Shown here: positions 9,901-15,912 of the stretch, piece by piece | How the letters are laid out: every line of letters begins with the position of its first letter | How positions within the stretch are numbered: position 1 is the stretch's first letter | Assembly (NCBI GenBank): GCA_037441845.1 | Contig: JBBIRK010000008.1 | Location: 6,952 to 70,951, forward strand | DNA: 64,000 nucleotides | Direction: 5' to 3' | Source of the DNA: Candidatus Zixiibacteriota bacterium | GTDB taxonomy: Bacteria > Zixibacteria > MSB-5A5 > UBA10806 > 4484-95 | Program-made: the position numbers and the translations under genes | The notes under the pieces: generated by a model | What the model was told of the DNA's origin: nothing | Seen by the model: the letters and a program-made list of their open reading frames with translations, nothing else | The model's database searches: none

Positions 9901-10319
9901 TCGCCGTTGACGACTATGACATGACGTTCTACCATCCGAGCTACTTCGATACTCTCGTGCCTAATGTCCAAATTACGCCTGGCGATACGACGTTGTTGAA
10001 TATGACCTTAACCTCAAGGTGCGTTTATGTCTTGGGCGATATAAACGGCGACGGCAACGTTATCGGCGGCGATGTTACCTACGGCGTGCGCTTCTTCAAA
10101 GGCTTAGGCTCACAGCCGCCCGACAGCTGTTACCTCGATTCCTCCGGTCAATTTCTCTATGTCGCCGGCGACGTCAACGGTAATTGCGAATTCCGGGGAT
10201 CGGATATCACGAGGTTGGTGGCTTACTTCAAGAGCTTGGCCGATATTGTCTTCTGCCCGGCTTTGCCGCCGCCGCTCATCAGGCCTGCAATCATGGAAGG
10301 CGCGCGGAAGATCGATTGA
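6921..10319 (+). CDS. secreted multidomain gluzincin metalloprotease (M36/M4-like catalytic core + MAM-like beta-sandwich + carboxypeptidase-regulatory-like repeats + dockerin-like C-terminal module)
   Basis: 1132-aa ORF with a signal peptide (VVLTAMLLILAFSGAMA). VIHHEYGHHLV is followed 19 aa later by GEGMGDVMG, the HExxH...E gluzincin pattern resembling the fungalysin GEGWSD. Other elements: FEDDFSGSTGWTGLGGSGEW...WNIDDIKVYG, GTISGTV...YDVTF-type repeats, and the C-terminal GDINGDG...GDVNGNC module. Confidence 0.8.
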   Translation: MSEAKSRTRVVLTAMLLILAFSGAMAMNREAVDLARQSFRAEYPLAVFHYEGDQLARIYGAPIELGGSSPLESAELFRQRYSAVLGLTPDELVQVSAFNDDLHTQQVMYDQETDQYKFTLVYYSQHKGGIPVFRGELRLLVLNQPGFPIVSAVCAVRDLGSFAPQQASAYDPLTVQRNFMPQIPQMTQFSDPRLVIWAGVEDEKVEPVLGVEFVASDGNTPTIERKRYIIDPVTLSVLFAENIVIDVDVTGQVNGLATEDFKSEQCGNEVSTGLPHAYVNIQGGNSAYADSTGAFVIPNGGSSQVTVISQTRGRWFYTQNQAGSNSQLSLAVTPPGPVNFLHNSANTEYTRAEVNGYYHANVVRDFTLKYNPTYPTIYNQTNFPVYVNDNTGYCPGNAWYDGVSITFCRASGSYPNTAFSTVIHHEYGHHLVAMAGSGQGQYGEGMGDVMGVLITDNPGLAYGFTGNCNTPLRNADNTIQYPCSDEIHYCGQLLSGCVWHTRNALAITNPTTYRDIIANLAINAMLLHTGTSITPTITIDYLTLDDNDGNIYNGTPHYSEICTGFNAHNMDCPALNLLSFTYPNGRPPLVNPGGGTTIRVQVSGVGGTPQPGTGRLYYNDGGGWINVLMNQVSPNVYDAVFPAFDCGDQIQYYFTAQTTQGATVYDPTTAPGTNYTATVGTGMITLFEDDFSGSTGWTGLGGSGEWTIGAATGGAGSDTHGNPDPAQDHSPTTDNRLLGTDLTSGTGGDYSANLSTTYWVTSPIINCATAQGVNLEFYQWLGVERNLYDHAYLQVYDGATWITIFENSSTTIDESSWSYKKYDVSAYADSNANFRIRFGIGSTDVGWQFCGWNIDDIKVYGIECDLVNGTISGTVQYPLGALAGAIVTAQDTSGAVFVDTSTAPGGAYSLSLPPGIYDVTFRHIDCLDTSFNDINISAGGLVPINVVMRYRPGAVKGLVVSESANPIAGVVVSALGSMKQDTTGADGRYLLVDLAVDDYDMTFYHPSYFDTLVPNVQITPGDTTLLNMTLTSRCVYVLGDINGDGNVIGGDVTYGVRFFKGLGSQPPDSCYLDSSGQFLYVAGDVNGNCEFRGSDITRLVAYFKSLADIVFCPALPPPLIRPAIMEGARKID
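10020..10316 (+). other. Cys-containing dockerin-like C-terminal module, copy 1
   Basis: CVYVLGDINGDGNVIGGDVTYGVRFFKGLGSQPPDSCYLDSSGQFLYVAGDVNGNCEFRGSDITRLVAYFKSLADIVFCPALPPP...; it contains two DxNGDG/DVNGNC Ca-loop-like repeats. Confidence 0.75.
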
Positions 10320-10345
10320 AAAGTCGCCATCATAAATTTTTTATG

Positions 10346-10377
10346 GGCCGGTCAGGAATTCCGAGACCGGCCTTTTT
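10346..10377 (+). terminator. rho-independent terminator after the protease gene
   Basis: 8-bp stem GGCCGGTC (10346-10353) / GACCGGCC (10365-10372), followed by TTTTT (10373-10377). Confidence 0.75.
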
Positions 10378-10432
10378 ACCTTCGAGACATGGGTGGGCTC
10401 GGCACAATATTTTTTCAGAAAAAAGATAATAA

Positions 10433-10461
10433 TTGACAAAATAATCAAGGGCGGATATATT
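10433..10461 (+). promoter_or_regulatory. near-consensus sigma70 promoter upstream of the 1474-aa gene
   Basis: TTGACA (10433-10438), exactly 17 nt, TATATT (10456-10461). This implies a ~260-nt leader before the ATG at 10729. Confidence 0.5.
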
Positions 10462-10728
10462 TATTCAGATAGTTTAACCCTTGCGCCGCTACCACTTCCC
10501 GGCGGCGAACCGGAACGTTTGACGATGCGGTTGTTATTGTTTAGAAACAATATATTTCCAAAGTAAAGAGCTGTTGGCTTAAAATTCTGAAGGGGAAAGG
10601 AACAATCAAGAAAAAATCTATCGCGTTTCTCGACCAATCAACCAAGTAACTTATTAAAACGGAAATCAGGGAGCAAAGGGGGACTGTTACTGACATACTT
10701 CAATCAATCAATTAATTCGGAGGATTGA

Positions 10729-13700
10729 ATGAGAAAAATATTACTGCTGACGTTGGCCGTGATATTTGTCTCGGGTATCTGTACCGCCCTGGCAAATCAA
10801 GTTGCGCCCAACGCCGTTAGCGTTTCGAATGTCAATCCGATCGACAACCGGAATGACTCGAAATCAGCGCCGCCTACCATTCCGCAGCACCCAACCGACA
10901 ACCTCGCCCTGACGACATTCATCAATGAGGGTTTCGAGGGGACTTTCCCGCCGACCGGCTGGACCCGGATTATTACGAATTCATCCTACACCTGGCAACA
11001 ATCTTCCGGCTACGCCCACTCGGGATCTTACGGCGCCAATGTTCCCTGGAATTACCTACAGGATGAATGGCTGGTTTCGCCGACGTTCAGTTTGGTTGGC
11101 GCCGGCATAGATGCCAGGGTGAAATTCTGGTGGATGGCAAGCTACGACTGGATGGTAAGCCCGTATCAGAACGGTGACTACGAGCTATGGATTTCCACCG
11201 ACGGTGGGGCCACCTGGCCCACCATGCTCTGGGATGAAAACAGCGAGGGCGTTTTCAGCAGCTGGACATGGTATCAGGAGGAAATCAGCCTGGCCGCTTA
11301 TATCGGTCAGAGCAACGTAATGCTCGCGTTCCGCTATGTCGCCGATGATGCCGCCGATATCGGCCTTGACGACGTAGTCGTCACGGACGACCCGGATGTT
11401 CCCTGCGTGGTCACTTGCCCGCCTGGAGCGACACTGGAAGCCGAAGCTTGCGGCGACAGTATCAATGACGGTTGCAACCGGGTTCCCTTCCAATTCCAAT
11501 CGGTAACCTGCCCGGATACCGTTTGCGGCACCGCCTGGGCCAGCACCTCTTTGAGAGACACCGATTGGTATCTGTTGACACTTGCTCAGTCAGAGTCGCT
11601 CTACTATTACGGCACGGCTGAATTCCCGTTGGCGTTGATTCTTATCAATGCCGGCACCGGAAACTGCACGACATATTCGATCATAACCTCGGCGACCGGC
11701 AATCCCTGCGATACGGTATCTATAATCCAGTACCTTGCCGCGGGGACCTACTATCTCTGGGCGGGCCCCTCGGTTTGGGTCAACATGCCTTGCGATGGTT
11801 CTGGCGACTACACAAACGATTATACGCTCTGGTTCTATTGCCGCGGCCACGTTGTCGGACCGCCCAACGACGATTGCGTTAGCGTTACCCCTGTGCCCTT
11901 GGCTCCGGGATCGCCTTTGACCTTTAGCGGCGATAACACCAACTCCACCAATGATTGCAGCTTCCTGAGCTATCCTCAGGTCTGGCATGCGTTCACGACC
12001 ACCGAATGTTTAGACATAACGGTCGACTACTGCTCCACTACCCCGGCTTTCGGCAATGCTTATATAATTTTGGTTGACAGCTGCCCCTGCGCCAGCTCGA
12101 TCACCTATACGAGCTATGATTTCACGACCTGTGGTGACGGCAATATCACGATAACATTCCTTGGTGTGCCACCAGGAACTTATTACTACCCGGTTCTCAC
12201 CGACCCGGCCAACAATGCCGTTGGACCTTACACGATCCACGTTTCAGGTGTCGCTTGTCCTCCGCCACCGCCGAACGACGACTGCGCCAACGCGCAACCG
12301 GTCGGTTTCGTTTTTCAATTGCCCTGGTCGACGACCAGCGCAACCTACGACGGCGGCGGAACCTGCATGACCTCTAAAAACATCTGGTACCTATTCACTT
12401 CGCCGGTAACAGATTCGGTTCATGTGGCTCTCTGCGGTTCGTCTTTCGACACCAAACTCGCAGTTTATGACGGTTCGAGCTGCTCCCCGCTTCCCACCGT
12501 GTTACTTTGCAACGATGATGCCTGCAACACCACCCTGCAATCAGAGGGATATTTCTACGCCACCCAAAACAGCCAGTATCTGATTGAAGTCGGTGGATTT
12601 TCCTCGTATTCCGGAAACGGCGTTCTCACCATAGAAGCGGGCGATCCGATATTCGGCGTAACCCCGACCTCATTGACCGATACGGCGGCTGTCGGAAGCT
12701 CTGTCACCGATACGCTGACGGTTACCAACACCGGCTCGGCGGCTCTCAATTTCACCGTCATAGGCGCTCAGAACCCGTTCCTGCGCCTCGACATCGATCG
12801 GCAATTCGAATCGATGAATATCCCTGAGGGTGCCTCGTTCGCTTCGGAAAACAAAGAAGCCAAGCATCCATTCCTGAATAACCCCACGGTCAAAACCGAG
12901 GAAATAGATGAGGCTTCTCTGGCGATGAAGGAAGCCTTGGCGGAGCAAGCGAAGTTGGAAGCCCAGCTTGCGCTCAAGGGCACCAGCGAGACATTTGCAG
13001 TATCCAAACCTGATCCTGCGGTCATACTCCAGGGCGGTGATGATATCGCGAATGCCACGGTTATCACCTCATTACCGTACACCGATGCGGGAACAACCAC
13101 AGGCTATACGAATGATTATTCCGGCAGCTGCGGCTATGATGCCGGGGCTCCCGACGTCGTTTATTCCTACACACCTGCTGGAAACCAAAGCATCAGTATC
13201 TCGCTTTGCGGCGGCACAACCTGGGATACGAGGTTATATGTTTACGAAAACAACTCCTCGACCGAGATTGCCTGCAACGATGACTATTGCGATCTGCAGT
13301 CCCAGCTCGATGCAGTATCGCTGACCGGCGGCAACACTTACTACATCGTAATCGACGGCTACAACATTTCCAATGGATCCTACACGATCGACGTGACCCA
13401 GTACGTTCCGCCGACCTGCACCCCCGATCTGACGGTCAATCTGCCGGCTGCTCTGCCTTACAACGATATCGACCGCACCAACTGCGGCCTGGGCAACGAT
13501 TTCAGCAACACTTGCTTGGGTTCGTATGACGGCGGCGAGGATATCATTTACGAGCTGAACGTGACTTCAACCATTTGCGTGGACGTCACCTTGACTCCTG
13601 ATTCGACCTGGACCGGTATCGTTCTCGATGACGAATGCCCGCCGAATCCTACGTCTTGTATCGCAGCTTCCGTCAGCTCTGGAGCTGTTCCTCACGGGTT

Positions 13701-15153
13701 TACGGGCATCACTCTGGCACCCGGGTTGTATTACATCATGGTTGATACCTGGCCGACACCTAACTGCGCCACTTTCGATCTGAGCATTATCGCCTGCCCG
13801 CCGACTCCGCCGAACGACGATTGCTCCAACGCCACCGCAATCGCCGGTCCATATCCGGCCAATGTGAGCGGTACGACCTTGGGCGCTACTCTCGATTGCC
13901 CGGGCATCCTCGACTGGAACGGCGTCTGGTATACGTTTAACGCTCCCTACACATCCAACACGGTTTACATCGACTACTGCCCGACGACCACTTCGTTGTC
14001 ATCGGTCAGCGCCGTGTTCTTCACCGATTGCACTTGCGATACCACCACCTGGCAGGTCTACGATGCCGGCTCGTTCGTGACTTGCCCGAACACCACGACC
14101 AACGCCCAGATATTCTGGTATAACGTTCCCGGACCGGCTACCTATTACCTGCCGATAACTACGGGAACGATCGGCGCCGATTTCGATTTCACGATCGACG
14201 TCACCGAATACATTCCCTGCGAGGTCAATTGCCCGCCGGGCGCTACGCCTGAGCCTGAATCTTGCAGCCTTGATCTCAATGGCGGATGCAACGCCACGCC
14301 GCCGGTGTTTTCCGATATCGCTTGCGGCGACACTATCTGCGGCACCGCCTGGGCGAATACCTCGCTGCGGGATACCGATTGGTATATATTGAGGCTGACC
14401 AATCCCACGCTCATCACCTACACCGGAGTGGCGGAATTTCCGTTCCTGATGTTCGTAATCAACCCCAACGACACGACTACCTGCGGCGACGAAACCATCT
14501 TGGCGTCGGCCACCGCCGATCCTTGCTCCACCGCCACGATTTCGGCTTCTCTCGCGGCTGGTGTCTGGTATCTCTGGGCCGGTCCATCAAGCTGGTTCAA
14601 TATGCCTTGCGATGGGTCGGGTGATTACACCAACGATTACGTCATCTCCCTGTCCTGTCAACCCCTGTGGTTGAACGTCGGCGTAAGCAGCGGAAGCGTG
14701 CCCCCGTTCTCGAGCATACCTGTGCCGGTTACGCTTGATGCCACTTATCTCACCGCCGGGACCTACACCGGTAACGTGATATTCAACACCAACGACCCGT
14801 TGACTCCCACCGCCAGCGTGCCGGTGACGTTCGTGGTCACAGCCGGCGGCGCCTGCGACTATGTCCTGGGTGATATCAACGGCGACGGCAACCGTATCGG
14901 CGGCGACGTCACGTTCGGTGTGCGTTACTTCAAGGGAATCGGCTCGGCTCCGCCCGACAGCTGTTACATGGATTCGACCGGCACGTATCTGTATGTGGCC
15001 GGCGATGTCAACGGCAACTGCGAATTCAGAGGATCTGATATCACCAGATTGGTGGCCTTCTTCAAGGGGAATGCAGCTCTGGCATACTGCCACTTCTTCC
15101 CGCCGCCGATCATCAGACCGCTGAGTCCGATCGAGGTTGCCCCGATCCGGTAA
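10729..15153 (+). CDS. giant secreted Cys-rich repeat protein (N-terminal MAM/'choice-of-anchor'-like sandwich, repeated PPNDDC-initiated modules, dockerin-like C-terminal module)
   Basis: 1474-aa ORF. GGAGG lies 7 nt before the ATG and there is a signal peptide (ILLLTLAVIFVSGICTALA). FINEGFEGTFPPTGW opens the N-terminal domain. Module openers are GPPNDDCVSV, PPPPNDDCANAQ and PPTPPNDDCSNAT. There is a large internal duplication and a C-terminal GDINGDG...GDVNGNC module. Confidence 0.8.
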   Translation: MRKILLLTLAVIFVSGICTALANQVAPNAVSVSNVNPIDNRNDSKSAPPTIPQHPTDNLALTTFINEGFEGTFPPTGWTRIITNSSYTWQQSSGYAHSGSYGANVPWNYLQDEWLVSPTFSLVGAGIDARVKFWWMASYDWMVSPYQNGDYELWISTDGGATWPTMLWDENSEGVFSSWTWYQEEISLAAYIGQSNVMLAFRYVADDAADIGLDDVVVTDDPDVPCVVTCPPGATLEAEACGDSINDGCNRVPFQFQSVTCPDTVCGTAWASTSLRDTDWYLLTLAQSESLYYYGTAEFPLALILINAGTGNCTTYSIITSATGNPCDTVSIIQYLAAGTYYLWAGPSVWVNMPCDGSGDYTNDYTLWFYCRGHVVGPPNDDCVSVTPVPLAPGSPLTFSGDNTNSTNDCSFLSYPQVWHAFTTTECLDITVDYCSTTPAFGNAYIILVDSCPCASSITYTSYDFTTCGDGNITITFLGVPPGTYYYPVLTDPANNAVGPYTIHVSGVACPPPPPNDDCANAQPVGFVFQLPWSTTSATYDGGGTCMTSKNIWYLFTSPVTDSVHVALCGSSFDTKLAVYDGSSCSPLPTVLLCNDDACNTTLQSEGYFYATQNSQYLIEVGGFSSYSGNGVLTIEAGDPIFGVTPTSLTDTAAVGSSVTDTLTVTNTGSAALNFTVIGAQNPFLRLDIDRQFESMNIPEGASFASENKEAKHPFLNNPTVKTEEIDEASLAMKEALAEQAKLEAQLALKGTSETFAVSKPDPAVILQGGDDIANATVITSLPYTDAGTTTGYTNDYSGSCGYDAGAPDVVYSYTPAGNQSISISLCGGTTWDTRLYVYENNSSTEIACNDDYCDLQSQLDAVSLTGGNTYYIVIDGYNISNGSYTIDVTQYVPPTCTPDLTVNLPAALPYNDIDRTNCGLGNDFSNTCLGSYDGGEDIIYELNVTSTICVDVTLTPDSTWTGIVLDDECPPNPTSCIAASVSSGAVPHGFTGITLAPGLYYIMVDTWPTPNCATFDLSIIACPPTPPNDDCSNATAIAGPYPANVSGTTLGATLDCPGILDWNGVWYTFNAPYTSNTVYIDYCPTTTSLSSVSAVFFTDCTCDTTTWQVYDAGSFVTCPNTTTNAQIFWYNVPGPATYYLPITTGTIGADFDFTIDVTEYIPCEVNCPPGATPEPESCSLDLNGGCNATPPVFSDIACGDTICGTAWANTSLRDTDWYILRLTNPTLITYTGVAEFPFLMFVINPNDTTTCGDETILASATADPCSTATISASLAAGVWYLWAGPSSWFNMPCDGSGDYTNDYVISLSCQPLWLNVGVSSGSVPPFSSIPVPVTLDATYLTAGTYTGNVIFNTNDPLTPTASVPVTFVVTAGGACDYVLGDINGDGNRIGGDVTFGVRYFKGIGSAPPDSCYMDSTGTYLYVAGDVNGNCEFRGSDITRLVAFFKGNAALAYCHFFPPPIIRPLSPIEVAPIR
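11404..11841 (+). repeat. internal duplication, copy A (within the 10729..15153 CDS)
   Basis: CVVTCPPGATLEAEACGD...CPDTVCGTAWASTSLRDTDWYLLTL...AAGTYYLWAGPSVWVNMPCDGSGDYTNDYTLWFYC aligns end to end with copy B. Confidence 0.8.
14218..14658 (+). repeat. internal duplication, copy B (within the 10729..15153 CDS)
   Basis: CEVNCPPGATPEPESCSL...CGDTICGTAWANTSLRDTDWYILRL...AAGVWYLWAGPSSWFNMPCDGSGDYTNDYVISLSC. DNA similarity to copy A is also visible (e.g. tgcggcaccgcctggg, tgccttgcgatgg). Confidence 0.8.
14854..15150 (+). other. Cys-containing dockerin-like C-terminal module, copy 2
   Basis: CDYVLGDINGDGNRIGGDVTFGVRYFKGIGSAPPDSCYMDSTGTYLYVAGDVNGNCEFRGSDITRLVAFFKGNAALAYCHFFPPP...; it has the same 99-aa length as copy 1. 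Confidence 0.75.
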
Positions 15154-15202
15154 CCGCTATTCAAAGTCCGCCGAGTTAATGTCGGCCGGACGATGACTCG
15201 AA

Positions 15203-15237
15203 GGGTATCCGCTATGCGCGGGTACCCTTTTTTTTTT
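15203..15237 (+). terminator. rho-independent terminator after the 1474-aa gene
   Basis: Imperfect stem GGGTATCCGC / GCGGGTACCC (one mismatch), followed by a T10 run (15228-15237). Confidence 0.7.
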
Positions 15238-15350
15238 GTGCCGATACCGCCAATGTCACCCGGCCAAGCCCATTTTCCAGTCGGTTACCGAACCCCGAAC
15301 AAATTCGCGATTATGGATAATTCGGTGTCTTAATTTGCCGATAACGACAA

Positions 15351-15794
15351 ATGGAATTCTACTCGAAGATGGATTCGGACATGGCCAAGAAACGGAAAAC
15401 AAAAGGCGCTGTTTCAGAAGGTGCGATCGAAAAAAACCGCATCCTGATTTTGGATAACGAGCCGGAAATGGATAATCCTCTAATTAATTATTTATGGAAT
15501 TCCGGATACGATACAATAGCGGTCGCCGGCATACGAAATATAAAAACAACCACGAACAAGTTCAAACCGGACCTGGTGATAGTCAATCTCGATCCTGGTC
15601 GCCCCGACTATTTGAAACACAATCTTGCCATAGCGCGGAATCTGGCGGCGGCCGACATCCCCGCAATTCACCTCGTATGTGGTTGCATAAAGTCAGAATT
15701 GGAAACACTGAATAAGCCGCCATGCCGATGTGTTGAAAAGCCGATCAGCGGCAAGAAACTTTTACGCTTGATCAAGCAGACAATCGGAAAATAA
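15351..15794 (+). CDS. stand-alone receiver-like (REC) domain protein with degenerate phospho-acceptor pocket
   Basis: 147-aa ORF. ILILDNEPEM ... KPDLVIVNLDPGRP ... CVEKPISGKKLLRLIKQ follows the CheY-like layout. Asn sits where the acidic pair and the acceptor Asp are expected (DD->DN; DLVIVN rather than DLxxxD). Confidence 0.6.
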   Translation: MEFYSKMDSDMAKKRKTKGAVSEGAIEKNRILILDNEPEMDNPLINYLWNSGYDTIAVAGIRNIKTTTNKFKPDLVIVNLDPGRPDYLKHNLAIARNLAAADIPAIHLVCGCIKSELETLNKPPCRCVEKPISGKKLLRLIKQTIGK

Positions 15795-15912
15795 CTTCGA
15801 ATCTCGCAGACTATCGTCAGTCACGCATTCAGCGTTCGTCAATGGGTTATAAAAGCGAAAGCGTTTTCGAAGTTCGGCGGGGGCAATCAGCGCCGCAACG
15901 AAAACTCAACCC

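Noticed and set aside
13715-13729. Sigma54-like element TGGCAC-ccggg-TTGT
   Set aside because: It lies deep inside the 1474-aa CDS with no downstream start, and the -12 element is imperfect (TTGT, not TTGC). It is most likely a chance match.
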